From an uncultured delta proteobacterium (lineage in GTDB: Bacteria; Myxococcota; Myxococcia; SLRQ01): a DNA stretch of 64,000 nt. The translations under genes and the position numbers were made by a program. Numbering within the stretch: the first letter of the stretch is position 1; each line of letters starts with the position of its first letter. The notes under the pieces were generated by a model. The model had not been told where the DNA came from and made no database searches. It worked only from the letters and a program-made list of their open reading frames with translations. The stretch spans positions 416,001 through 480,000 of the forward strand of contig CAVSGM010000011.1 of assembly GCA_963727485.1 (NCBI GenBank). The letters are read 5' to 3'. Positions 20,573-30,279 of this stretch are shown in pieces.

Positions 20573-21091
20573 TCACGGGCGGCGCGGGACGCCCTGGAAG
20601 CGCACCGGCGTGCCCCGGCCGATGCCGTGGGCCCGGGCCCAGTCCCCCGGGACCTCGATGACGTAGCGGCTCGGGGCCCCCACGCTCCGGGCGGTGGTGG
20701 TCAGCGGATCCGCGTGGTGGACCACGCCCACCACCTTGAGGTCGTGGCTGACGAAGATCATGTCGAGGGGGATGAGGGTGTTCTTCATCCAGAAGGTCCG
20801 GTCGTCGTCGTCCTTGAAGACGAAGAGCATCCCGTGGCCCTCCTCGAGGTGCTTGCGGAACATCAGGCCCCGCTCGTGCTGGGCCTCGGTGAGGGCGAGC
20901 TCGACCTCCACCTCGAGGGGGGCGCGGCCGGCGGGGTCGAACTCGACCACCGCGGTCTTCATCGGCGCGGCCTTCCCGTGCGCCGTCTTCTTCACCCGGG
21001 GGTGGCCCCCGTCCCCGGCGGCGTTGGCCGGGGTGCGGCAGGCGGTGACGAGGGCGAGGGCGGCGAGGACCAGGAGGCGGCGCTGGATCAT
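20573..21091 (-). CDS. DUF192-family lipoprotein
   Basis: ATG at 21091; lipobox VTAC; RGLMFR, GMLFVF and FWMKNTLIPLDMIF signature. Confidence 0.9.
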   Translation of the reverse strand: MIQRRLLVLAALALVTACRTPANAAGDGGHPRVKKTAHGKAAPMKTAVVEFDPAGRAPLEVEVELALTEAQHERGLMFRKHLEEGHGMLFVFKDDDDRTFWMKNTLIPLDMIFVSHDLKVVGVVHHADPLTTTARSVGAPSRYVIEVPGDWARAHGIGRGTPVRFQGVPRRP

Positions 21092-21110
21092 GAGGGGGTT
21101 CCCGCCCCGC

Positions 21111-22229
21111 CTATACCACGCCCGACACCTCCTCGGGGATGGCGAGGTCGAGGAAGGCGTCGCTGCGGGCCTCGAGCTCCCGGGTGACGTCCTCGAGGAG
21201 GGTGGAGAGCCCGGTGAGCTCGTCGGTGAGGGGGCCCGAGTCCGCGGCCTTGAGGGCCACCAGGGAGAGCTGGGTCCGCTCCAGGAGGGCGACCTGGGCG
21301 TGGAGGGCGGCGACCGCCCGGGCCCGGCCGAGGCGCAGGCGCCGGACCTGGTCCGCCTGGGCGGCCAGGGTGCGCACCGCCAGGGCGTAGCGGCTCTTCT
21401 CGGCGGCATCGTGGCTCTCGTCGGCGAGGCGTGAGAGGGCGCCGAGCTCGGCCTCCAGGCGCCCGGCGACCTCGGCGCCCAGGTCCCGGTCCACCGCGTC
21501 GCAGCGGCAGGCCAGCTCGCCGATACGGGCGGCGACCTGGTCGAGGTCGGCGCGCAGCGGCCCCTCGAAGCCCGGGCCCGCGCCCAGGGCTTCGAGGGTG
21601 GCGGCGTGGAGCCCGGCGGCCCGGCCCACCAGGTCCTTCAGGTCCTCGGCCCCGAGGTGCCGGCGGAGGCGCCGGAGGCGGCGCAGGGACGGGGGCGCCG
21701 CCGGCCCCACGTAGGCGGCCAGGGTCCCGAGGCCCGCGTAGAGGCCCACCAGGGCCCCGGTGGCCCCGTGGCGCAACAGCGGCGGGAGCAGGGGGGCGAG
21801 GGGCCGGGCCAGGGCCGCGGCGGTGAGGCCCCCGGCGACGGTGGCGGCCCCGGCGATCACCGCCACCCAGGGCCGCGGGAGGCCCCCGGCGGGGAGCGAC
21901 GGCGGCCGGGCGAGGGCCCCGGCGACCGCGCCCGGGACCGCGAAGATCACCCCGACGACCAGGGGCCAGTGGCCGAGGTCCGGGGACAGGCTCGCCGCCG
22001 CCCAGGCCACCAGGGCCACCCCCGCCGGGACCAGGAGCAGCGCCGGGAAGCCCAGGAGCGCCCCGGCGGCGAAGGCCACCGTCAGGCCCAGGGCCTGCCC
22101 GAGGATCCCCGGGTGGAGGAGCCCCAGGACCGGGCCCGCGAGGGCCCCGGCAGCGGCGAGGTGGAGGACGGTTCGCCGGAAGCGGGCTTCATCGGCGAAG
22201 GCGACGGGGAGGGGCGGTGGGGCTCTCAT
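21111..22229 (-). CDS. Hypothetical membrane protein with a C-terminal coiled-coil region
   Basis: Hydrophobic N-terminal half and helical, heptad-like C-terminal half; fills the gap between cglC and the DUF192 gene on the same strand. Confidence 0.6.
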   Translation of the reverse strand: MRAPPPLPVAFADEARFRRTVLHLAAAGALAGPVLGLLHPGILGQALGLTVAFAAGALLGFPALLLVPAGVALVAWAAASLSPDLGHWPLVVGVIFAVPGAVAGALARPPSLPAGGLPRPWVAVIAGAATVAGGLTAAALARPLAPLLPPLLRHGATGALVGLYAGLGTLAAYVGPAAPPSLRRLRRLRRHLGAEDLKDLVGRAAGLHAATLEALGAGPGFEGPLRADLDQVAARIGELACRCDAVDRDLGAEVAGRLEAELGALSRLADESHDAAEKSRYALAVRTLAAQADQVRRLRLGRARAVAALHAQVALLERTQLSLVALKAADSGPLTDELTGLSTLLEDVTRELEARSDAFLDLAIPEEVSGVV

Positions 22230-22309
22230 CTCGGATCCCCGCTACGCGCGAGGTCCGAAAAGGATCCATCCGCCGGTCGGGCGCCGGCGCCGGGCCCGGG
22301 GGCCGCCCG

Positions 22310-22756
22310 CTACTTGGGCAGCGGGTGGGCGCAGTACTTGGCGGTCTGGATGTCGCCGAAGAGCTGCTTGAAGGCCTGGTCGCCCAGCGACTGGCGCAGC
22401 TCGTTGATGAAGGCGTCGTCGAGGACCAGGGTCCGGCAGACCAGGGTCTTGTCCGGGCCGCCCTGGCAGCTCGCGTTGTCGATGCACCGGCGCGAGCAGT
22501 AGGCGCCGGTGCTGTCACCGGCGGTGTCGATGCAGGTGAAGTCCTCGCAGTCGGTGCCGCCGGTGGAGATGTAGTCGCTGGTGGCGTTGGCCGGGACCTT
22601 GTACGGCTGGTTCGTCACCTTGCCGGTGTTGGCGTCCTTGGTCGGCGCGGTGAGCTGGCAGGTCGAGCCCAGATCGTTGCTGGGGCCGCAGCCGGCTCCG
22701 GCGAGGACGAGGCCGCCCACGAGGAGCGCGAAGATGGATCCAGGCGAGCGACGCAC
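22310..22756 (-). CDS. gltK: Gliding-motility outer-membrane lipoprotein CglC/GltK
   Basis: GTG at 22756; lipobox GAGC; Cys pattern DYISTGGTDCEDFTC...YCSRRC...CRTLVLD...FG...YCA resembles CglC; divergent from the gltB-A-C run. Confidence 0.8.
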   Translation of the reverse strand: MRRSPGSIFALLVGGLVLAGAGCGPSNDLGSTCQLTAPTKDANTGKVTNQPYKVPANATSDYISTGGTDCEDFTCIDTAGDSTGAYCSRRCIDNASCQGGPDKTLVCRTLVLDDAFINELRQSLGDQAFKQLFGDIQTAKYCAHPLPK

Positions 22757-22922
22757 GTCAGCCGGATTAGCACAGGGCGCGCACCGCGAACAAGCTGCGA
22801 CCCCGGGTAGGTAAGGCGTCGCGGTTTCGGCACACTCACGCACACCCGGGGTCGGGTCTGACCGTCGCATACATGTGCGCCTTACCCCTTTCTCCAGGCC
22901 CGGTTCCCCGGGGCTGGCGCGT

Positions 22923-22952
22923 TTGCTCGCAATTCCGACCCTGGTATAGACT
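22923..22952 (+). promoter_or_regulatory. Putative sigma70 promoter of the gltB operon
   Basis: TTGCTC followed by TGGTATAGACT (TAGACT at 18-nt spacing). Confidence 0.4.
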
Positions 22953-23015
22953 CCGCCCGGTTATGACGCGGTTATCGCTGTCGTCGCGACCACCGCCTCG
23001 CTGGCTCGGGAGCCC

Positions 23016-23942
23016 TTGAATTTGCACCTCGCGTTTCGACGAATCGCGCTCGCGGTCTGCGTGACGGCCCTGGTCGTCACCGCGGGGCCCGCCCGGGCCG
23101 ACGGCGACGGCTCCTCGGGGCCGACCCAGCTGCCGGGCCTCGATCTCGGCGGCCCGGCGCCGGCCACCCCGAAGGATGGCCAGGACGGGTCGAAGCAGGG
23201 CCAGTCCGACCCCGGCGACCAGGCCGCCGGCGACCAGGGCACTGGCGACGCCCTCTCGGGCCCGGACTCGGCGACGCCCGGCAACGCCGCCGCCGCCCAG
23301 GCCGCGGCCAAGTCCGCGGGCAAGGCCCCCTCGGTCCCCGGAGACCGGGTGTTCACCGTCGGCGACCGGGTCAAGGCGGTCCAGAAGAAGCTCATCCTCA
23401 AGAAGGGCCGGTTCGAGATCGCCCCGGCGTTCTCCCTCTCGCTCAACGACGGCTTCTTCCAGAAAGTGGGCGCCGGCCTCTCGGCGAGCTACTGGCTCGC
23501 CGACGATCTCGGCCTCTTCGCCGACGTCTACTACCTCGACACCGTCTCCACCTCGAACGTGCTGCTCGCCAAGCAGGCGTTCACCAGCACCCTCCTGGAG
23601 TCGAGGCTCAAGCTCCTCGCCGCCGCCGGCTTCCAGTGGTCGCCCATCTACGGGAAGATCGCCTGGTTCAACCAGGACATCATCCAGTACGACTTCTTCC
23701 TCTCCGCCGGCTTCGGGATGGCGTCGACCTCCACCGGCAACCACGTGGCCACCACCTTCGGGCTGGGGCAGCGCTACCTGGTGAACCGCTTCCTCGGCAT
23801 CTTCTTCAAGGTCGAGGATCGTCTCTACCCGGAGACCTACGCCCTCAAGGCCGGGCCGGTGACCACCATCGCCAACGTCCTCACCCTCTCGGTGGGCGTC
23901 TCCCTCTTCTTCCCCATGGACTTCGAGTACAGCCACCCATGA
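23016..23942 (+). CDS. gltB: Outer-membrane beta-barrel protein GltB
   Basis: TTG start after GGGAG; signal peptide; DRVKAVQKKLILKKGRFE and WSPIYGK motifs of the myxobacterial OM barrel family. Named gltB by its first position in the gltK/B/A/C order. Confidence 0.8.
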   Translation: MNLHLAFRRIALAVCVTALVVTAGPARADGDGSSGPTQLPGLDLGGPAPATPKDGQDGSKQGQSDPGDQAAGDQGTGDALSGPDSATPGNAAAAQAAAKSAGKAPSVPGDRVFTVGDRVKAVQKKLILKKGRFEIAPAFSLSLNDGFFQKVGAGLSASYWLADDLGLFADVYYLDTVSTSNVLLAKQAFTSTLLESRLKLLAAAGFQWSPIYGKIAWFNQDIIQYDFFLSAGFGMASTSTGNHVATTFGLGQRYLVNRFLGIFFKVEDRLYPETYALKAGPVTTIANVLTLSVGVSLFFPMDFEYSHP

Positions 23943-24676
23943 GACGCCTGCGCGCCATGGCCTGCCTGGTGGCGGCCCTCGCCTGCGTGCCCGCCTTCGC
24001 CTCCGAGCCGAGGCACGGCAAGAAGGGCGACGAGCTCGAGGATCGCATCCCCGCTGTCTCCGGGTCGCTCTTCCTCAAGGCGGGCCGCCACGAGATCGCC
24101 CCCATCTTCGATCTCTCGCTGGCCGATGCCTTCCGCCAGAAGCTGATGGCGGGGCTCGCCTACACCTACCACTTCTCCGAGGTGTGGGCGGCCACCGGGC
24201 GCTTCTCCTACACCGTGCTCTCCCACGGCGCCGGCGCCGCCAAGGTCTGCCCCACGCCGGAGCAGTGCGCCGCCCCCACCTCCGCCGAGCTCGACACCCT
24301 CCCGGGCAACCTCAAGCTCCAGGCCGACCTCGCCGTCGAGTTCTCGCCCATCTACGGCAAGGTGAGCTTCATCGCCGAGAAGGTCCTCCACTTCGACGTC
24401 TACGCCACCGTGGGCCTGGGGCTCACCGGCTACGGGCTCACCAAGAACGGCGCCGACAAGAGCGGCATGAGCCCCACGCTGGTCGCCGGGGTGGGGCAGC
24501 GCTACTTCATCGACAGCTGGCTGGCGGTGCGCCTCGAGCTCCTCGACAGCCTCTACACCCAGCCCACCGGCAAGGTCGCCTCCCAGCTCTCCAACCAGCT
24601 GATGTTCACCGTGGGGTTCTCCTTCTTCTTCCCCACGTCCTTCACCTACAAGCCCGTGGCCGAGGAGACGAAGTGA
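23939..24676 (+). CDS. gltA: Outer-membrane beta-barrel protein GltA
   Basis: ATGA overlap with the upstream stop; RIPAVSGSLFLKAGRHE, FSPIYGK and CPTPEQC loop; paralogue of the upstream barrel. Confidence 0.8.
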   Translation: MRRLRAMACLVAALACVPAFASEPRHGKKGDELEDRIPAVSGSLFLKAGRHEIAPIFDLSLADAFRQKLMAGLAYTYHFSEVWAATGRFSYTVLSHGAGAAKVCPTPEQCAAPTSAELDTLPGNLKLQADLAVEFSPIYGKVSFIAEKVLHFDVYATVGLGLTGYGLTKNGADKSGMSPTLVAGVGQRYFIDSWLAVRLELLDSLYTQPTGKVASQLSNQLMFTVGFSFFFPTSFTYKPVAEETK

Positions 24677-26572
24677 TGCGCCGCCTCGTCCTGGTGCTCG
24701 GCCTCGCCCTTTCGGTGTCCCTCTGGGGCGTGCCCCGCGCCGCCCGGGCCCAGATCCAGTTCCAGGGCCTCGACCTCTCGGCGCCCAAGAAGAAAAAGAA
24801 GAAGAAGAAGCGGCACCACCGGCGCCGGCGCCACCACGAGGAGAAGAAGGCCCCGGACACCCAGGCCCAGCAGGGCTCGGACACCGGCAGCGGCTCCGGG
24901 AGCGCCAGCGGCTCCGGGAGCGACACCGGGGACACCGGCGACACCGGGATCAAGAATCGACCTCGGTGGCGTGAAGGTGCAGCAGAACCCGACCCAGATG
25001 AACGTCAAGGGCCTGGACCTCTCGGGCAAGGGCAGCACCGGCACCGGCCACGACCAGGCGGCCATGGACGCCGCGGAGAAGCTCTTCAAGGGGGGCAACT
25101 TCCAGGCGGCGGCGGTGGCCTTCTACAAGGTCTTCCAGAACCCCGCGGCGGCCGCCGACCACCAGGAGGCCGAGTACCTGGTGGCCAAGAGCCTCTACAA
25201 GATGGGCATGTACCACTCGGCCCTTCACTGGTTCAATCAGATCCTGGCCCAGGGGCAGGCCCACAAGTACTTCAAGGTCTCCCTGGAGTGGCTCTTCTTC
25301 ATCAGCCGCAAGACGGTCAACGAGTCGGTGGTCCTCGAGGACATCGCCGCCTACGCGGGCAACGACTTTCCGTCCAAGTACAAGGACGAGTTCACCTACC
25401 TGCTCGCCAAGTACTACTTCACCCGGGCCCGGGCGCTGTCCATCGCCGGTGAGAAGGACCAGGCGACCCAGTCCTACCAGAAGGCCGGCGAGCTCCTCGG
25501 CCAGGTCTCGGGGAACACCAAGTTCTACCCCAAGGCCATCTTCCTCGAGGGGCTGGTGCTCTACCAGTCGAACCGGGACAACGAGGCGCTCAAGAAGTTC
25601 AAGGAGGTGGTCCACCTCCTCAACCCCGAGCACGGCCAGTTCAAGAACCCGGACCTCCGGGACCTGGCGTTCATGCAGCTCGCCCGCCTCCACTACGGCC
25701 ACCGGCAGAACCGCTACGCCATCTTCTACTACGACGAGATCCGGCGGGACTCCGACCAGTGGCTGGAGAGCCTCTTCGAGGAGAGCTGGGCCTACTTCCG
25801 CCTCGGCGACTACGAGCGCGCCCTGGGGAACATGGTCACCCTCAACTCGCCGTTCTTCGCCGACGAGTACTTCCCCGAGTCGCTGATCCTCAAGGCGGTC
25901 ATCTACTACGAGAACTGCCGGTACCCCGAGGCGAAGATGATCGTGAACCAGTTCGAGCGCGAGTACGGGCCGGTCCTCGCCGAGCTGGACAAGCTGTCCA
26001 ACGGGAACAAGCGACCCGACCAGTACTACGACCTCCTGGCGCAGGTGCAGAAGAAGATCGCGAGCGGCCAGAAGGAGAGCGGCACCCTCACCCGCATCCT
26101 CAACGCGGCGCTCACCGACAAGGAGTTCAAGGCGGAGAACGACTCCATCCAGGAGGTCGACCGCGAGATGGACTCCATCGCCGACAAGAAAGAGGTCTTC
26201 AAGTTCTCGGGGCTGGCCAAGGACTCCCTGGTGGCCCTGAAGCAGGAGCGCCGGGACCTCATCCAGAAGGCCGGCCTCATGGCCAGCGCCAAGCTCTACC
26301 AGGAGCAGCAGTCGCTCAAGGACCTGGTGGGGCAGGGGCTGCGGATCCGCTTCGAGACCACCACCAAGGAGAAGGAGTTCCTGGAGAAGCAGCTCCAGGC
26401 CGGTGGCAAGCTCGACGTGGTGCAGAACTACGGGTACTCGGTCGCCGTCTCCGACGAGGAGCTCTACTGGCCCTACGAGGGCGAGTACTGGCGTGACGAG
26501 CTCGGCACCTATCAGTACACCCTGACCAAGGGCTGCAAGGAGCGTTCGGCGCCGACCGCCTCCAAGGAGTAA
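24676..26572 (+). CDS. gltC: Periplasmic TPR protein GltC; +1 frameshift at 24955-24956
   Basis: TGATG overlap; signal peptide then QFQGLDLS; TPRs; C-terminal WPYEGEYWRDELGTYQY...C. Removing one A (aagaatcgac to aagatcgac) gives a single 631-aa ORF. Confidence 0.85.
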
Positions 26573-26574
26573 TC

Positions 26575-29500
26575 ATGCGAAAGGCCGTGACCGCCCTCGT
26601 GGCCGCGGGCGTTCTCCTCGCCAGCGGCCTTGCCGGGCCCGGCGTTGCGCGTGCCGCGGGGACACATCGCCGGGGACGCCATGCCGAGCCGCAGGCCAAC
26701 CTGGGCAAGAAGAAGGAGACGGGGCTCGACCAGAGCCTCAAGGCGAACCTGAAGCGGAAGCGGACGGCCCTGCCCACCGGGCCGACGCTGCAGTTTCAGC
26801 AGTTCCAGCGCACCGTGGAGGTGCAGGTCGCCGCCAAGCGCGACGAGCAGATCGACACCCTCACCAAGATCGTCAACCTCGGGCCCTCGCCCAAGGAGGC
26901 GCCCGGTCTCATCTTCCGCCTCGCCGAGCTCTACTGGGAGCAGGCGCGCTACAACTTCCTCGAGGCGGGGGCCATCGACGACAAGGTCATCGCCGCCAAG
27001 GGACACCCCGGCGAGATCGCCCGGCTCAAGCGGCAGCAGGCCGCCTACAGCGCCGAGAGCCTGAAGTGGCGCGAGAAGGCCGTCGGCCGCTACCGACAGA
27101 TCATCCACAGCTACCCCAAGTACGCGCGCCTCGACGAGGTCCTCTTCTCCCTGGGTTCGAACCTCTGGCAGCAGAACAAGGAGACCGAGGCGCTGCGGGT
27201 CTACAAGGTGCTGCTGCGCCGGTTCCCCAACTCCGAGTACCTCCCCGACGCCTACCTCGCCTTCGGCGAGCACTTCTTCGAGGTGGGCAAGGTCCGGGTG
27301 GCGCTGGCGGCCTACAAGAAGGCGGCCACCTACACCCAGTCCCAGATCTACGGCTTCGCCATGTACAAGGAGGGGTGGTGCTACTACAACCTCGGCGAGT
27401 GGAACCAGGCGGCCGACATGTTCAAGGCCGTGGTGTTCTACGGGCAGATCGCCGGGAGCGTGAGCGGCCAGAAGAAGCTGGCCCTGGTGAAGCAGGCGCG
27501 TCGTGACTACGTCCTCGCCTACTCCCACGCCGGGTCCCCGGAGAAGGCCAAGGACGACTTCCAGACCGTGGGCGGGGACCACGCCGAGGCCATGCTCCGC
27601 GGCCTCGGCGACCTCTACTACGACCAGGGCAAGGACAAGGAGTCGATCCTCGTCTACCGCCAGCTGATCAAGGACCAGCCCCTCTCGCCCGCGTCGCCGG
27701 GCTACCAGGCCCGCATCGTCGACGCCGCCCAGCGGATCGGCAACAAGGCCTACACCGTGCGCCAGGCGCGGCTCCTGGTCCGGCTCTTCCGGGCGGTGGA
27801 GAAGAGCGGGGTCGCCAAGACCCGCCCGGAGAAGCAGAAGCTCACCGATGCCCGGGAGTTCGCCGAGCGGACCATGCGGACCCTGGCGGTGAGCTGGCAC
27901 TCCGAGGCGAAGAAGACCCGGAACGAGGCGACCTTCGGCTACGCCAAGGAGATGTACGGCGACTACGTCACCCTCTTCCCGCGCAGCAAGTTCGCCTACG
28001 AGATGCACTTCTATTTCGGCGAGCTCCTCTACCACCTCGAGGACTACGCCGCCGCCGCCCGCCAGTACGCCGCGGCCCTCGACATCGACATCGCCCGCGC
28101 CCAGGGCAAGGTCCACGACGACGACGGCAAGCGGGTGAAGCCGGGCAAGTTCATGGTCGATGCGGCCTTCGACGCCGTCCTCTCCTACGAGGAGGTGGCC
28201 AAGAAGTTCGAGGCCACCGAGAAGCGCCAGAACCTCGACCCCACCAAGCCCGAGAAGATCCCGGCGCCCAAGCAGGCCCTCCTCGACGCCTGCAACCGCT
28301 ACCTCAAGTACGTGCCCCACGGCGACAAGGTCGTGGAGGTCACCTACAAGGCGGCGAACATCTACTACCGCTACAACCACTTCGACGAGGCGGTGAAGCG
28401 CTTCGCCTACATCGCCCTCGAGCACCCCGAGCACCAGCTCGCCGAGTACTCCGCCAACCTGGTCCTCGACTCCTACAACCTCCTCAAGCGGCCCGACCAG
28501 GTGAACGCCTGGGCGCGGAAGTTCTACGCCAACAAGCGCCTGGCCAAGGGGAAGTTCGCCACCGACCTCAAGAGCGTCATCGAGGAGTCGGCCCTCACCA
28601 TGATCGAGGGCCTGGAGAAGAAGGGGCAGCAGGAGAAGGCGGCGCGGGCCTACGAGCACTTCGTCGCCGAGTTCCCCCACTCGAAGAAGGCGGACGTGGC
28701 GCTCTACAACGCCTCGGTGGCCTACGCCAAGGCGAGGGAGCTCGACCGGGCCCTGGCCATCCGCGCCCAGATCATCGCCAACTACCCGGGGAGCAAGCTG
28801 GTGCCCCAGGCGATCCTCACCACCGCCCAGGGCTACGAGTCGGTGGCGGACTTCGCCAAGGCCGCGCACTACTACGAGCTCTACGCGAACCAGTACGCGG
28901 CCCAGCACCCGGCGGCCCCGCCCCCGCGGCGGCACCGGCGGCGCCGGCGGCGCCACCACCGGCGGCATCGGGCGCCCCAGGCCCCGGCGGCGGACGCGCC
29001 CCGCTACGACGAGGCCAAGGCCCAGGAGGCCCTCTACAACGCCGCGGTGCTGCGCCAGGGCCTCGGGGACACCCACCGCGCCGTCGCCGACCGCGAGCTC
29101 TACGCCCGCCTCTGGCCCCGGGGGAAGGACACCCCGAAGCTGGTGCTCTCCATCGCCGACCTCTACGAGGACAGCCACCAGGTCGGCAAGGCGGTCCACC
29201 GAATCGACGACTACCTGGCGACCTACGCCCAGCACGACTACGACCAGCAGCTCCTCCTCCGGCTGCGCCAGGCCAAGCTCCTCGACAAGCTCCACGGCCG
29301 GCGCAACCAGCGCCTGGCCCAGGGCAAGTACGACGAGATCCAGAGCTACTGGGACCACCTCGGGCGCCACCAGCATCAGGTGAAGGGTGGGCTCTTGGCG
29401 GTGGCGACCGCCGAGCTGCGCACGGTGGGGCCGGCGGTGGCCACCTACAAGGCCACGCGGCTGGCCTACCCCTGGAAGGAGGGCGCGTCCCCGGCGCACC

Positions 29501-30279
29501 TCTTCGCCATCATCAAGACCGCCAACCATGTCACCAGCCGCCGGCAGGTGGTGGAGATCAAGCGGGCCGCCAAGCGTCTGAAGCGGGGCATCGCCGTCGC
29601 CGACAAGGCCTTCAAGGAGAGCATCAAGGCCAAGAGCGAGAAGCTCAAGGCCGCCGCCGCGGCCTACAGCCACGTGGTCAAGTACAAGCAGGGGGCCCCG
29701 GCGCTCTGCGCCCTGGAGCAGCTCGGCAACCTCTACGCCGACTTCGAGGACGCCCTGAAGAACGCGCCGAAGCCGCCGTACCTGCAGAACGACGACCAGA
29801 CGCAGATGTTCCGCGACCTCCTCGCCAAGCAGGCCAAGCCCGTGGAGGACAAGGCGGTCCAGGCCTACGCCACCGCGGTCTCCAAGAGCCGGGAGCTGAT
29901 GCTCTACACGCCCTGCGCCAAGGGGGCCCTCGTCGCCCTCCAGACCCTGCGGCCCGATGCCTGGCCGAAGCTCGAGGAGGCGATGGTGAAGCTCCCGGCG
30001 ACCCGGATCCCCCAGCGGGGCCGGTTCCTCCTCACCACCATCCAGAAGGTGCCGGCGCACTCCAAGGCCCTGCCCCGGGACGTCGCCGCGGCGCCGGCGA
30101 TCCACGCCCGGGCCAAGGCCGCCCCCGGCGACGACACCTCGCCCGACCTCGGCGACGGCGACCTCCCGCCGCCGGGGCCGACGACCACGGCCTCCAAGGG
30201 CAGCGCCCAGCCCGCGCCCCCCGGCAAGAAGCAGAAGCCGACCTTCTCCGAGCCCGATGACCAGGGGCTGGTGCCATGA
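26575..30279 (+). CDS. gltD: Periplasmic TPR protein GltD (AgmU)
   Basis: Signal peptide; 1234 aa of TPRs (FRLAELYWE, YKEGWCYYNL, ANLVLDSYN); lies upstream of gltE-F-G. Confidence 0.85.
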   Translation: MRKAVTALVAAGVLLASGLAGPGVARAAGTHRRGRHAEPQANLGKKKETGLDQSLKANLKRKRTALPTGPTLQFQQFQRTVEVQVAAKRDEQIDTLTKIVNLGPSPKEAPGLIFRLAELYWEQARYNFLEAGAIDDKVIAAKGHPGEIARLKRQQAAYSAESLKWREKAVGRYRQIIHSYPKYARLDEVLFSLGSNLWQQNKETEALRVYKVLLRRFPNSEYLPDAYLAFGEHFFEVGKVRVALAAYKKAATYTQSQIYGFAMYKEGWCYYNLGEWNQAADMFKAVVFYGQIAGSVSGQKKLALVKQARRDYVLAYSHAGSPEKAKDDFQTVGGDHAEAMLRGLGDLYYDQGKDKESILVYRQLIKDQPLSPASPGYQARIVDAAQRIGNKAYTVRQARLLVRLFRAVEKSGVAKTRPEKQKLTDAREFAERTMRTLAVSWHSEAKKTRNEATFGYAKEMYGDYVTLFPRSKFAYEMHFYFGELLYHLEDYAAAARQYAAALDIDIARAQGKVHDDDGKRVKPGKFMVDAAFDAVLSYEEVAKKFEATEKRQNLDPTKPEKIPAPKQALLDACNRYLKYVPHGDKVVEVTYKAANIYYRYNHFDEAVKRFAYIALEHPEHQLAEYSANLVLDSYNLLKRPDQVNAWARKFYANKRLAKGKFATDLKSVIEESALTMIEGLEKKGQQEKAARAYEHFVAEFPHSKKADVALYNASVAYAKARELDRALAIRAQIIANYPGSKLVPQAILTTAQGYESVADFAKAAHYYELYANQYAAQHPAAPPPRRHRRRRRRHHRRHRAPQAPAADAPRYDEAKAQEALYNAAVLRQGLGDTHRAVADRELYARLWPRGKDTPKLVLSIADLYEDSHQVGKAVHRIDDYLATYAQHDYDQQLLLRLRQAKLLDKLHGRRNQRLAQGKYDEIQSYWDHLGRHQHQVKGGLLAVATAELRTVGPAVATYKATRLAYPWKEGASPAHLFAIIKTANHVTSRRQVVEIKRAAKRLKRGIAVADKAFKESIKAKSEKLKAAAAAYSHVVKYKQGAPALCALEQLGNLYADFEDALKNAPKPPYLQNDDQTQMFRDLLAKQAKPVEDKAVQAYATAVSKSRELMLYTPCAKGALVALQTLRPDAWPKLEEAMVKLPATRIPQRGRFLLTTIQKVPAHSKALPRDVAAAPAIHARAKAAPGDDTSPDLGDGDLPPPGPTTTASKGSAQPAPPGKKQKPTFSEPDDQGLVP

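Noticed and set aside
22915..22932. Sigma54 promoter for gltB (TGGCGCGTTTGCTCGC)
   Set aside because: The GG-to-GC spacing is not the required 10 nt.
24780..24950. Short tandem repeats (aag runs, gacaccgg units) as a CRISPR array or contingency locus
   Set aside because: In-frame low-complexity coding linker of gltC; no repeat-spacer structure and no cas genes.
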